Source of the DNA: Thermoproteota archaeon
GTDB lineage: Archaea; Thermoproteota; Thermoprotei; Gearchaeales; Gearchaeaceae
Length of the DNA stretch: 64,000 bases
NCBI GenBank assembly: GCA_032249235.1
Contig: JAVVGF010000003.1
Location: 32,001-96,000 of the forward strand
Direction: 5' to 3'
Shown: in pieces, positions 41,773 to 51,994 of the stretch
Numbering within the stretch: position 1 is the first letter of the stretch
How the letters are laid out: every line of letters begins with the position of its first letter
The notes under the pieces: generated by a model
Databases searched by the model: none
Told to the model about the DNA's origin: nothing
The model's input: only the letters and a program-made list of their open reading frames with translations
Made by a program: the position numbers and the translations under genes

Positions 41773-42948
41773 ATGGAAATTAAAGGATTTACTACAAAAG
41801 CTGTTCATAAAGGAGAGTTGATCGATAAAAGATTCGGTAATGTGATAACACCTATTTTCTTAAGCTCAACCTTTCTCTATCCTAATGAAGAAAGGGATGC
41901 TTACATAGATCCAACAAGAAACAAACCTTATTTGTATACACGCTTAGGTAATCCTACATTTACATCACTTGAGGAAAAATATGCTTCATTAGAGAATGCT
42001 AAATATGCGCTTTCTTTCGCTTCAGGCATGTCAGCGATAACAACGACGATTTTGAGTCTTATAAATTCAAAAAGTAGAATACTTGCGATAAATCAGTTAT
42101 ATGGTCAAACATATGAATTCTTAAAAGAAATAAGTAGAAGCTTAAACATTCAAGTTGATTTCATTTCGATGAGATCATTGAATTCTTTAGACATTCCAAG
42201 AAAAGAATATTCAATGATATATACTGAATCAATAACAAATCCTACGCTTCAAGTTTGCGATATAATTGCGGTTTCAGGATATTGTAGAGATAAAGGAATC
42301 GATTTAATCGTAGATGCAACTTTTGCAACTCCTTATAATCAAAGACCTTTAGAATTTGGTGCAAGCGTTGTATTGCATAGCGCAACTAAATATATCGCAG
42401 GTCATAGCGATGTAATCCTTGGTCTATTCGCTACGAACGATAAAGAAATTTATGATAAAGTTGTAGAAAACAGAACAAATTTAGGATGCATACCTGAACC
42501 TTTCAGTGCTTATTTGACTTTGAGAGGTATGAAGACTTTAGCTCTTAGATTAGATAGACAACAAGAAAATGCAATGAAGCTTGCGAAGTTTTTAAGTGAG
42601 CATGAAAAAGTTATGAAAGTTTTCTATCCTGGATTAGAAGATAATGAATTTCATGAAATAGCTAAAAAAGTTCTTAAAGGATATGGTGCAATGCTTTCAT
42701 TTGAAATAAAAGGAGGATATGAAGCTGCTAAGAAATTTATAAAGAATTTGAAGCTTTGTATTGTTGCTCCAAGTCTAGGAGGTGTTGAAACATTAGTTAC
42801 TTTACCTGTTGAAACAAGTCATAGGCAATTGAATATTGAAGAAAGAAAGGAAATGGGAATAAGTGAAGGGCTTGTAAGAGTTTCTTTAGGTATAGAAGAC
42901 TATGAAGATATCGAGAATGATTTTGCCCAGGCATTAGCTTCGATTTGA
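41773..42948 (+). CDS. Cys/Met metabolism PLP enzyme (cystathionine gamma-synthase/lyase family)
   Basis: YTRLGNPT, FASGMSAI, ESITNP, VDATFATP, HSATKYIAGHSD, SLGGVETL. Confidence 0.92.
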   Translation: MEIKGFTTKAVHKGELIDKRFGNVITPIFLSSTFLYPNEERDAYIDPTRNKPYLYTRLGNPTFTSLEEKYASLENAKYALSFASGMSAITTTILSLINSKSRILAINQLYGQTYEFLKEISRSLNIQVDFISMRSLNSLDIPRKEYSMIYTESITNPTLQVCDIIAVSGYCRDKGIDLIVDATFATPYNQRPLEFGASVVLHSATKYIAGHSDVILGLFATNDKEIYDKVVENRTNLGCIPEPFSAYLTLRGMKTLALRLDRQQENAMKLAKFLSEHEKVMKVFYPGLEDNEFHEIAKKVLKGYGAMLSFEIKGGYEAAKKFIKNLKLCIVAPSLGGVETLVTLPVETSHRQLNIEERKEMGISEGLVRVSLGIEDYEDIENDFAQALASI

Positions 42949-43686
42949 TTTTTTGAAGAATTCTGTTATTCTTTTTCTCGCGTTTCCATTTATTATCATT
43001 TTTTCGAACGTTTCTCTGGAGAATTCTATTTCATTATTAAATTTTTCTAAAAGTTTATTTCTCAAAATTTTAACATTTTTGATTGCAAACCAATCAAGTT
43101 TTCTAAATTTTTCCAACAATTCATTCAATTTTGCATAAGGATCTTCGCATACATAATCAATGATTCCTAATTCTAATGCGTTTTCTGCTGTTATGTTTTC
43201 AGCGCTTATTATGTATTTATAGAATCTTCTATCGAGGAATATTAAATATAGCGAAGCTAGCTCAGTAGGCGCTAACCCTATTCTTGGACCTCCTGTGCTG
43301 AAAAACGTATTCTTTTCTGCTATATTTATATCGATGAAAAATAACATTTCAAAACTTGCACCTATGGCGAAACCTTCTATGATTGCTATAGTTAATTTTG
43401 TTGTTTTTAATAATTTTTTGAATAAGCTATTCAGAAGTAGAGAATATTCTCTTGCTTTATCTTTTGAAAAAGAAGATTCATAAATTTCATTCAAATCTAC
43501 GCCTGCTCCAAATTTCTTATTTGAGCCTTTAAAGATAAGGAATTTTACTTCTTCATTTTTTTCTAAATTATCTAATACTTCATTCAATTCAATGAGCAAA
43601 TTTTTTGTCATTGCATTGCTTTTCTTTTCTTCTTTAAAAGTAATGTAAGCAACATCCTCTTGAGTTATTACTTCAATACTTTTCAT
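42934..43686 (-). CDS. Enoyl-CoA hydratase/isomerase family protein
   Basis: FGAGVDL, IAIIEGFAIGASFE, TAENALELGIID. Confidence 0.82.
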   Translation of the reverse strand: MKSIEVITQEDVAYITFKEEKKSNAMTKNLLIELNEVLDNLEKNEEVKFLIFKGSNKKFGAGVDLNEIYESSFSKDKAREYSLLLNSLFKKLLKTTKLTIAIIEGFAIGASFEMLFFIDINIAEKNTFFSTGGPRIGLAPTELASLYLIFLDRRFYKYIISAENITAENALELGIIDYVCEDPYAKLNELLEKFRKLDWFAIKNVKILRNKLLEKFNNEIEFSRETFEKMIINGNARKRITEFFKKSNRS

Positions 43687-43887
43687 ATGAATATTATTTA
43701 ATATCTTTTGTTATCAAGTCTTCACAGAATAAAAATTCTTCTACTTGAAATGATGGTAAAGCGAAGTTTATAAGTACGATTGTCCAAAATTTTAATTTAT
43801 AAGAATCAAATTTTCAATTATTTCTTGAACTTCTTGCATACTTTTTCAGAGTTTAACTTATATATTTTGACAAGAGAACATATAAAA

Positions 43888-45189
43888 ATGCAGCTAGCTA
43901 AGACTGAAATTGAAGCATGTGACTTTTATTTACTTTGGCTCATCGATGTACAAGGAATTTTGAAAGGTAGATCTATACCAAGCAAATATTTAAATTCTGC
44001 TATTGAAGAAGGCATTGGTTTCGATGGTTCTTCAATTCCAGGCTATTCAAAAATCCAAAATAGCGATTTGAGAATGAAAGCAGATATTACAACTTTTAGC
44101 TTATTGCCTACATACTTCTACAATAAAAAAGTAGGGAAATTCTTTTGCGATGTCTTAAATTCAAAAGGAGAGGAATTCAGTAAAAATCCGAGAAAAATTT
44201 GTAGAGATTATGAGAATAAACTGGATTTGAAAGTAAAGATATCAGCTGAACCTGAATTTTATTTAATCGACAAGAATTCTCTTAAACCAATCGAAGATGC
44301 ACCAGGAAATCAATATTTCGATTTATATCCTGGAAGAGATAAAACAGAAGCATTTAGAATGGAACTTAGCGATGCCTTAAGTCTTGCAGGTATAGAAGTG
44401 GAAAGGATGCATCATGAAGTAGGGCCTTCTCAGTGCGAAATAAACTTTAAATATTCTTCAATGCTTAGAACTGCTGATAATATAATAACATATAAGTTTT
44501 TTGCGAAAAAGGTAGCAGAAAAGTTTGGATGGGAAGCTACTTTCATGCCTAAGCCATGGATTGATAAATCTGGGAACGGAATGCACATACATCTAAGCCT
44601 GTTCAAGGAAGATAGGAATTTATTCTATGATCCAAACGAAGGTTTATCTCAATTCTGCTATTATTTCATAGGCGGAATTTTAGAGCATGCACATGCACTT
44701 GCTGCAGTAGCTGCACCTACTATTAATAGCTATCGCAGACTCATGCCAGGATATGAAGCACCGATCTACATTAGTTGGGGATGGTCAAATAGGTCAACTA
44801 TGATAAGAGTGCCACATTATTCAAAGTTAGAAGAGAAAAGCACTAGAATTGAAATAAGATTACCTGATCCTACTGCAAATCCCTATTTTCTATTACCTTG
44901 TATCATCGAAGCTGGATTAGATGGTGTTAAGAAGAAAATAGAACCTATGGAACCAAGTAAAGAAAACGTTTATGAATCTAAAGAAAATTACAAAACATTA
45001 CCTAGTTCATTGTTAGAAGCGATAAATGCGTGGGATAGCGATGATATTTGTATAAGAGCTTTAGGAAAAGAAGTAGCAGAGACTTATAGAGAACTATTAT
45101 TGCAGGAATGGAAAGATTTTTCGAGAGAAGTAGGTAGCAACGTTAAAGAAGTAACTGATTGGGAATTGAAGAGATATTTGCATAGATAA
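43888..45189 (+). CDS. glnA: Glutamine synthetase type I family protein
   Basis: GFDGSSIPG, EPEFY, HHEVGPSQCEI, TFMPKP..GNGMHIH, NSYRRLMPGYEAP, NRSTMIRVP, RIEIRLPDP. The ATG at 43888 is preferred over the TTG at 43780. Confidence 0.85.
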   Translation: MQLAKTEIEACDFYLLWLIDVQGILKGRSIPSKYLNSAIEEGIGFDGSSIPGYSKIQNSDLRMKADITTFSLLPTYFYNKKVGKFFCDVLNSKGEEFSKNPRKICRDYENKLDLKVKISAEPEFYLIDKNSLKPIEDAPGNQYFDLYPGRDKTEAFRMELSDALSLAGIEVERMHHEVGPSQCEINFKYSSMLRTADNIITYKFFAKKVAEKFGWEATFMPKPWIDKSGNGMHIHLSLFKEDRNLFYDPNEGLSQFCYYFIGGILEHAHALAAVAAPTINSYRRLMPGYEAPIYISWGWSNRSTMIRVPHYSKLEEKSTRIEIRLPDPTANPYFLLPCIIEAGLDGVKKKIEPMEPSKENVYESKENYKTLPSSLLEAINAWDSDDICIRALGKEVAETYRELLLQEWKDFSREVGSNVKEVTDWELKRYLHR

Positions 45190-45222
45190 TTCAATTTATA
45201 TTCACTACAGCTTTATAATCAC

Positions 45223-45645
45223 ATGCAAGTTAGCGATGCTTTTGAGAAGTTTGCAGAAGAATTTAGAGAGCATCCCGAAATACTAGATAGCGCCCTTATA
45301 GGTTTAGGAAAAATCTTGAAAATACTCGCATCTTTAAATGAAAGCGGGGTTCTCGATGCCTTAAATGAAGCATTATCGAATAAAGAAATTTTGGATAATT
45401 TGAAAAATGCATCTAAGAATTCATTGACCAATTTAATTCTGCTTTTAAATGTATTCGGTGCAATTGACAGTACAAAATTTAAGACTTATTCAAGCAAACT
45501 TCCAAAAGCAATTCAAGAAAGCTTGGAAGAATTTGAGAAGGAACATAAAGGAATAGGTATTTTGGGAATTTTAAGTCTTGCAAAAAAAGAAGAATTTGCA
45601 AGTCTTATAAGAGCTCTTGAAGTGTTTTTAAAAAACATGAAATGA
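45223..45645 (+). CDS. DUF1641-like helical protein
   Basis: LNESGVLDAL, KGIGILGILSL. Confidence 0.65.
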   Translation: MQVSDAFEKFAEEFREHPEILDSALIGLGKILKILASLNESGVLDALNEALSNKEILDNLKNASKNSLTNLILLLNVFGAIDSTKFKTYSSKLPKAIQESLEEFEKEHKGIGILGILSLAKKEEFASLIRALEVFLKNMK

Positions 45646-46548
45646 TCATTTCTTTTGTCAAGCTACCTAAAGAAGCTAAAGAAATATTGAGCGGATATGA
45701 AGTGAAAGATGATAACATCGGTGAGGAAGATTTAAAAAAAAGCTAAAGTAATCATTGCTTTTCCTAGAAGCATTGATGAGAACATTATTTCTAAAGCTAA
45801 AAATCTTGAAGCAATACAAACAATAACAGCAGGCGTTGACGGTCTCCCTTTTCATATTTTACCTAAAAATATCAAAGTATTTTCTAATAGAGGTGCTTTC
45901 AACATTCCTGTAGCTGAACATGCATGGGCTTTAATACTCGCTTTAGCAAAGATGGTTGGAAGAAAGAAACCTTACAGAACTTATTTGTTAACGAACAAAA
46001 CTTTGCTCATATTAGGTGCTGGAGAAATAGGTAGCGAAATAGCTAGGATTGGAAAATTAGCATTTAATATGTATGTGGTAGGAGTATCTAGATCGTTTAA
46101 AAATCCTCAATACTTCGATGAAAGGTATAATATAGAAAAGCTTCCTGAAGTAATAAATAGAGCAAACGTTATTGTTGATGCGCTTCCCTTAAACAAATAC
46201 ACGTTTAAAATATTGAATTATGATTTGTTAAAGCATGTTGCTAATGAATGCATTATAGTGAACATTGGAAGAGGCGATACGGTAGATGAAGAAGGAATTT
46301 ATAAACTTCTTAAAGAAAGGCCTGACGTAAGATTTGCAACAGATGTATTTTGGATTAAAAATGAGCATGAGGATTTTGAATCGAAGCTCTGGGAACTTGA
46401 GAATTTCATGGGCACACCTCATACAGCTGGAGGAGGCGGAAGTGAAGAAGTGTTAAGAAATGCGATAATAGAAGCTGTTAAAAACGTCAAAATGTATTTA
46501 GAGAGAAGAGAAGCTAAAAATTTAGTAAAAATCGAAGACTATATTTGA
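45642..46548 (+). CDS. D-2-hydroxyacid dehydrogenase, split by one extra base in an A8 run at 45734-45741
   Basis: MIISFVKLP..EEDLKK joins AKVIIA..AGVD..SNRGAF..VAEHA, then GAGEIG, NIGRG, DVFW, TPHTAG. The tracked ORF at 45952 is only the 3' part. Confidence 0.85.
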
Positions 46549-46931
46549 TCGATAATTTCTATTATTGAATTATCTGCGTCGATAACTAATGTTTTAGCTT
46601 TCATCAATTTTTCCACATCTTCAAATTGAACCAGTGGTATTTTTGCAATCGCACATCCTGAAGCAGTTATTATATCTGCTTTTTTGCAAACTATTGATAA
46701 AGGAGCTTTATTGTTAAGCTTAAGCGCATATAGCTTATAAGCCCCTACGCTGCTTCCTATTGCATTAGGTATTATAAGTATTTTATTCGCTATGCTTTTG
46801 TTGCTTAAAGGATGCGAGATATCATTTACTTTTCCATCATCGTCGACCACCAAGAAATTGATGGGTTTTTCGCTATACAATACTTCTCCTTTTGCATAAC
46901 CTTTAACAATTGCTTTGCATTTCATTCGCAT
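46539..46931 (-). CDS. Aconitase X small subunit (DUF126; phosphomevalonate dehydratase small subunit)
   Basis: GYAKGEVL, HPL..KSIANKIL, GSSVGAY, GCAIAKIPLV. Confidence 0.85.
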   Translation of the reverse strand: MRMKCKAIVKGYAKGEVLYSEKPINFLVVDDDGKVNDISHPLSNKSIANKILIIPNAIGSSVGAYKLYALKLNNKAPLSIVCKKADIITASGCAIAKIPLVQFEDVEKLMKAKTLVIDADNSIIEIIDQI

Positions 46932-48094
46932 TCTTCTTCAACTATTTCTTTCATACTTTTCAAGCTAACATTTACTTTGTTCCAATTCCTTAAATAATAA
47001 CAAGCTTTCACGCTATTAGTTATTACTGAATCGAATTCTTTTTTATCTACTAAAGGTGTTAAGCATGAACAAGAATCGCAATATATTTCAACACCTGCCC
47101 TTTCTAGCTCATTTACATAGCCAAACTTCTTCGCTTCATTGTATATTTTTCTAGCACAAAATAGAATGCATTTTTTCTTAAATTTCCTTTCTCCTTTTCT
47201 CAGCAAAATGCTTAGCATTCTCAATTCTTCCATTCCAAGTTGAGGGCTTCCGAATACTATCAGATCACCCTTATCAGAATTTGCAAGTCTTTCGAATATT
47301 TCCTTTGATTCTTTTTCATCATATTCTACTGTTTCCTCATATCTTGAATCTTTTTTAGCAAGCTCGAACATTCCCGCTGAGCCAGAGGTTCCTAGCGAGG
47401 CGCTTAAAGATTTAGCATAAATTTCGTTAAACCCATTTTTTATATCAAAGGCTATTGAATACTCATTGAATATTCCAGCGAAATATCCGAGCAAGCCATA
47501 TTCAAGTTCATTTTTTAATTCCTTCTTGACTCTAATGCACAATCTTGGCTTTCTAAATTCTTCTAATCTCAATCCAGAATAAGGAGACTTGCCTGTTATT
47601 GCACTTGCTAAAGCGCTGAGTGCGCTTTCTTTATTTGTTTTAAGACCTAATATTGAATTCGCAAATATTGCTGCATTACTTTCAGCGAAGCTTACATGCT
47701 TACCTCTTTCGGGGATTTCATAAACTTGATAAGGTATGCAAGTATAAGAAGCGATTATGCCCATTTTTTCATAAGCTCTTCTAATCCTTTCTTGCTTTTC
47801 TTTAAATTCCTTGCTTATAATTGCGCTTTTATATGGGTCGTAACCCATTGGATTAAGCGTAGATTTTATCTTAACTTTTTCTCCTTTCATTTTTTCGCTT
47901 AAGTCTTCAAGAAATTTCAAACCTGCATCTCCTATTGTATTGTAATTAACACCTGAAATATGAGCCCATTCGACTTCTATCAATTTTTCTGCATTCGTTG
48001 CTTCTCCTATAGCAACTAATATACTATAAGCTAATTCAATTGCTTCCCCATATTCTCCTTTTAGAGCTTTTTCTTCTTCATTAGATAAGTACAC
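46922..48094 (-). CDS. Aconitase X large subunit (DUF521; phosphomevalonate dehydratase large subunit)
   Basis: L.GEYGEA, AHISGVNY.TIGDAG, YTCIPY, AESNA..FANS, GSPQ, DSC, TNSVKA.YY. Confidence 0.88.
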   Translation of the reverse strand: MYLSNEEEKALKGEYGEAIELAYSILVAIGEATNAEKLIEVEWAHISGVNYNTIGDAGLKFLEDLSEKMKGEKVKIKSTLNPMGYDPYKSAIISKEFKEKQERIRRAYEKMGIIASYTCIPYQVYEIPERGKHVSFAESNAAIFANSILGLKTNKESALSALASAITGKSPYSGLRLEEFRKPRLCIRVKKELKNELEYGLLGYFAGIFNEYSIAFDIKNGFNEIYAKSLSASLGTSGSAGMFELAKKDSRYEETVEYDEKESKEIFERLANSDKGDLIVFGSPQLGMEELRMLSILLRKGERKFKKKCILFCARKIYNEAKKFGYVNELERAGVEIYCDSCSCLTPLVDKKEFDSVITNSVKACYYLRNWNKVNVSLKSMKEIVEEECE

Positions 48095-48165
48095 TTGTTA
48101 AATAACGCTAGTAAAATAATAAAAACTACTTTCAAAGTTTTATTCAAGATAATTTAATTTAAGAT

Positions 48166-48819
48166 ATGCCCAATCATTATTATGTTAACGTACTAGCTTT
48201 GTCTTTCAATTCAGAATGGTGGAAAATGAGCGAAACAAGACAAAGCGACGAGTTACTTGAGGTAGAAGAAGTATTGAAGAGGTTTATTAAAGAAAAAGAA
48301 ATCGATGTTCTTAGAATTTTCAATTCTTTGAGATATGATAACGATTTAATATTTTGGATCATAGCAAACGATACAAATAAAATAATTGAATTTCAAAGAA
48401 TTATAAAGAAAAAAATTGGAAAATACTCGAATCTTAGACATGGATTTCTTTCTATACTTGAACCTTCTCCTTATTTTAAAGGACAATTGAAGCCTTTCAA
48501 CAAGGAACCTAAGCGATATTTTGTTGCATATCCTATGAAAAGAGATCCTGAATGGTTTTTACTTAGCGAAGAAGAAAGAAAGAAAATAGTTGAAGAGCAT
48601 ATAAGAATTGCTGCAACCCATCCTGAAAATGTAGGAATAGTTTCTTATACATCATATTCTTTTGGTATCGATGATAATGAATATGTTGTACTATATGAGC
48701 TTGATTCGCTTGTTTCTTGGGCACATGTAGTTGAAAAGCTAAGGGAAGCGAAGCATAGGAAATGGATTTTAAGAGAAGAACCTCTTTTAGTTGGAGAACT
48801 ATATAGATTCCTAGCTTAG
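48166..48819 (+). CDS. Chlorite dismutase / coproheme decarboxylase family heme protein
   Basis: YFVAYPMKRDPEWFLL..EER.KIVEEH, YSFGIDDNEYVV.YE. Confidence 0.88.
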   Translation: MPNHYYVNVLALSFNSEWWKMSETRQSDELLEVEEVLKRFIKEKEIDVLRIFNSLRYDNDLIFWIIANDTNKIIEFQRIIKKKIGKYSNLRHGFLSILEPSPYFKGQLKPFNKEPKRYFVAYPMKRDPEWFLLSEEERKKIVEEHIRIAATHPENVGIVSYTSYSFGIDDNEYVVLYELDSLVSWAHVVEKLREAKHRKWILREEPLLVGELYRFLA

Positions 48820-50060
48820 CATTTCATAGCTAAATAAACATTATTGACATTATTTCCTGTATAGCCTCTTTTTATTAGTTTATTCACTTTTTCGAAAGCA
48901 AAAGCAGTATTATTATCTGAAAATTCTTTTTCTATATCTATTCCTGCATCGATTATTTCTTTCAATGTATTCTCATCAGCCCATGCACCTGCAGCATTTG
49001 AATTTCCATCGAATCCATCAGTAGCATATGCTAAAATTTTAAAATTCTCTTTTACAGCGTTGATTATGAAAGATAGAGCGAATTCTGTATTTCTACCTCC
49101 TTTTCCTTTACCTATAACTTTCACTTCAGGCTCGCCGCCCATGATCAAAAGCTTCTTGTTTTTATTTTCAAGGAATATTCTTGCAAAAAGCTTCGCTATT
49201 TCTTTGCTCTCTCCTGAAGCCCAAGAAGTTAGTATTAAAGGATGAAGATTTCTCATTTTTTCTTTAATACCTTCAAGAACATCTCTATTCCTTAAAACGA
49301 TGAAATGAGGAGAATTTAGATGCTTAGGAGTTTCTTCAATTTCATTATTCATTCCTTTATTTATTATATTTCTTATCGATTCTGGAATTTTATCCCATAT
49401 ACCTCTGTTTTTCAAAATAGCATAAGCATCCTTGTAAGTCGTAGGATCAGCAACTGTAGGACCGCTACCTATTGTTGAGATATCATCAAATGGAACATCG
49501 CTTATTGCCAATGTAATAATTCTAGGTTTGCAAATCTTAGCTAGCCTTCCACCTTTAATCTTAGATAAATGTTTTCTTACAGCATTAATTTCAAATATTG
49601 TTGCGCCGCTCTTCAGCAATAAATCATTTAGCTTTATCAGATCTTCAAGATCTACAAAAGGATCTTCGATAAGAGATGACGAACCTCCTGATATCAAGAA
49701 AATTACTGAAGAATAGTCTTTCTTAATCTCTTCTTCTATTATCTTGCTTGCTTCTATGCTTTTTTCAGAAGGAAGAGGATGTGTAGATCTCACTTCAATG
49801 AATCCTTCTATTTTATCGAGCGGATCGTTTGAAGGTCTAACTATTATTCCTCTTTCAGGTTTTATGATTTCCTTAGCCCATTTCGCCATTTTGAAAGCAC
49901 ACTTACCAACAGATATTACAAGAGGCGTTGAACCAATTTCGAACTTAAATTTGTTGATTACTAATTTCGAATCTTTGATGATTACTCTTTTAAGTAATGC
50001 ATGGTATGAATCAGCTAAAGAATCTATCAATTCTATTAACTCTTGAATTTGATAATCCAC
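48816..50060 (-). CDS. Glycerate 2-kinase (MOFRL family)
   Basis: VGKCA, HPLPS, LISGGSSSL, VRKHLSKIKGGRLA, SDVPFDD..IGSGPT, GGRNTE, TDGFDG, TGNNVN. Confidence 0.92.
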   Translation of the reverse strand: MDYQIQELIELIDSLADSYHALLKRVIIKDSKLVINKFKFEIGSTPLVISVGKCAFKMAKWAKEIIKPERGIIVRPSNDPLDKIEGFIEVRSTHPLPSEKSIEASKIIEEEIKKDYSSVIFLISGGSSSLIEDPFVDLEDLIKLNDLLLKSGATIFEINAVRKHLSKIKGGRLAKICKPRIITLAISDVPFDDISTIGSGPTVADPTTYKDAYAILKNRGIWDKIPESIRNIINKGMNNEIEETPKHLNSPHFIVLRNRDVLEGIKEKMRNLHPLILTSWASGESKEIAKLFARIFLENKNKKLLIMGGEPEVKVIGKGKGGRNTEFALSFIINAVKENFKILAYATDGFDGNSNAAGAWADENTLKEIIDAGIDIEKEFSDNNTAFAFEKVNKLIKRGYTGNNVNNVYLAMKC

Positions 50061-50131
50061 AATCCATATACATGATTCTGGCTTAAATTAAGAACGATTA
50101 TCTTGGCTTATTATCAAAATATTGCATTAAA

Positions 50132-50476
50132 TTAATCTTTCAAGAGAGGAATAAATTTTCTTATTTCGTTGATCAATTTTTTTGCAATATTTATGCAATT
50201 GACAGCTAATTCCTCATTGATTTCAATTTCGCTATAATCGGCATCCTTCCTTCTCTCATATAGATAAAAAGCCTGCACAGCTAATTCCTCTTTTCCTAAA
50301 TATTTTAAAATGTTTATCAACTTATCATCTTTCTTAGGTATAGCTGATCTTAGACTTCTGGCTAATAACTCAATTTCTTTTCTAACAGCAAAGTATGAAG
50401 CAGAGACAGCTTTATTGAAACATTTATTCTTTATGTCAATTTCTGCTTCATTTATTAAAGTATCTGCCTTGTTCAT
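50132..50476 (-). CDS. HEPN domain protein
   Basis: FNKAVSASYFA, LYERRKDADY. Confidence 0.8.
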   Translation of the reverse strand: MNKADTLINEAEIDIKNKCFNKAVSASYFAVRKEIELLARSLRSAIPKKDDKLINILKYLGKEELAVQAFYLYERRKDADYSEIEINEELAVNCINIAKKLINEIRKFIPLLKD

Positions 50477-50984
50477 TTTCAGAAATTATGTAGAAGTTTA
50501 TAGAACAGTCATACTTAGAATTTACCTCAAGAGTAGCCTTCGCTATTTTTCTTATTATATCATCACTTTTATACTTAACAATTACTAAAACGTTGCTATC
50601 ATAACCGTTTATTTCTTTTACTTCAAGAATTTCAGGAAATTTCATCAATTTTTCTTTGAATTCCTTCAAGGAATCTTCGCAATCTTTTCTGCTCATTCTA
50701 TAACTCAAAAATGAATCAATAGTGTTCTTATCATTTTCATTAGTTATATAGAAATTTATCGAGCATTTATACTTCGAATTAATTTCTAGAGCAATTTTTG
50801 CTACTCTTTTTATTATCTCGTCTTTTTTATTCCTTACAACCACCAATACGTTACTATCATATATCAAGTCATCTTCTCCTAAACCTATTATCATTATTAA
50901 ATCATTTCCTAATTCATTTCTAAGTCTATCAGCAAACTCATATAATGCTCTCCCCCATTCTTCAGCAAAATTTAGTACGTACAC
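50448..50984 (-). CDS. Tandemly duplicated, degenerate MNT-like protein (HEPN partner)
   Basis: Two copies of YDSNVLV.V..K.D.II...AK..LE.NSKY.CSINFYI. Confidence 0.7.
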   Translation of the reverse strand: MYVLNFAEEWGRALYEFADRLRNELGNDLIMIIGLGEDDLIYDSNVLVVVRNKKDEIIKRVAKIALEINSKYKCSINFYITNENDKNTIDSFLSYRMSRKDCEDSLKEFKEKLMKFPEILEVKEINGYDSNVLVIVKYKSDDIIRKIAKATLEVNSKYDCSINFYIISENEQGRYFNK

Positions 50985-51358
50985 ATGTAGTTTTTAACAT
51001 GGAAATAAATAAATCTAAATGTTTGGGATTAGACTGTTTTAAATCAGGAAAATCTCAAAGAACTTAAAAAAATAAATCTATTACTTATTAAAAAATACTT
51101 AAATATCTTTTAGTATTGAGAGAATTTTTTGCATCTTATTTGATAACTCTTTTTTAGTATATTGCTAAAATTAAAATTCAAAAATTTCTTGTATAAGATG
51201 AAGCTTCAGATTTTTAAGTATACGATGCGTTCTTTTAGCTAAGAATTTAAACTTTGAATTAATTAAGAGTGATAAAGACAGGCTAAAGTTATAAAAATAA
51301 TGTTAGAGTTTTATCTTAGAATACACTTAAGATTAAATGGCTATCATTATTAGATTAA

Positions 51359-51994
51359 CTAATCCTTTTCTTCTTCTAAAACTCTAGCTATGATAGGCTC
51401 TTCAAGGACTATTTTCTCTATTAAAACTTCTTTTTCTTTCTCAAATATTTCTTCACCTAAAACTATTCCTGCAAGCAAAATCGTGCAAATTATGCTAGGT
51501 ATTAATAAGAATTGTGCAAACGTTAAGACTTTGATTGAAGTGTTTCCTAGGAAAACTTGGCCTGCTGAAGTTATGAAATTGTAATCTACTTCTAAGTATG
51601 TGAAAGCTTCTCGAATTGAATAATTTATCAAAGGTATTGGTGAGGTCATTGTTATAATTTGGGAAAAAATTGATGCGATGAAAAGACTTCTAACATTGGT
51701 GCTTTTTATTTTCTTTCTAGCATAGATTATGCTCGTAATTAAAAGAAAAATGCTTGAAGCTAACAAGGGTATTGATTTTAATATGATAGAATCATAAAAT
51801 GGAACCTTTAATTCTTTATCATAATAACTCAGATTATACCAAAGAAGTGCAATATTACCATTTACAATTCCCTTAACTGATATTATTGGAATTATTAAGA
51901 TCAGAATGCTCAATACTGCTGAAACTATTGCGAGAGGTATTTTTAATTTAAGGATAAACTTGCCTGCTTTCATATACAACACCATTTTTAGCAA
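51359..51994 (-). CDS. Hypothetical multi-pass membrane protein
   Basis: About four hydrophobic segments; overlaps the upstream gene. Confidence 0.65.
   Translation of the reverse strand: MLKMVLYMKAGKFILKLKIPLAIVSAVLSILILIIPIISVKGIVNGNIALLWYNLSYYDKELKVPFYDSIILKSIPLLASSIFLLITSIIYARKKIKSTNVRSLFIASIFSQIITMTSPIPLINYSIREAFTYLEVDYNFITSAGQVFLGNTSIKVLTFAQFLLIPSIICTILLAGIVLGEEIFEKEKEVLIEKIVLEEPIIARVLEEEKD

Noticed and set aside
43780-43887. N-terminal extension of glutamine synthetase from the TTG start
   Set aside because: AT-rich, promoter-like sequence; homology appears to begin near the ATG at 43888.
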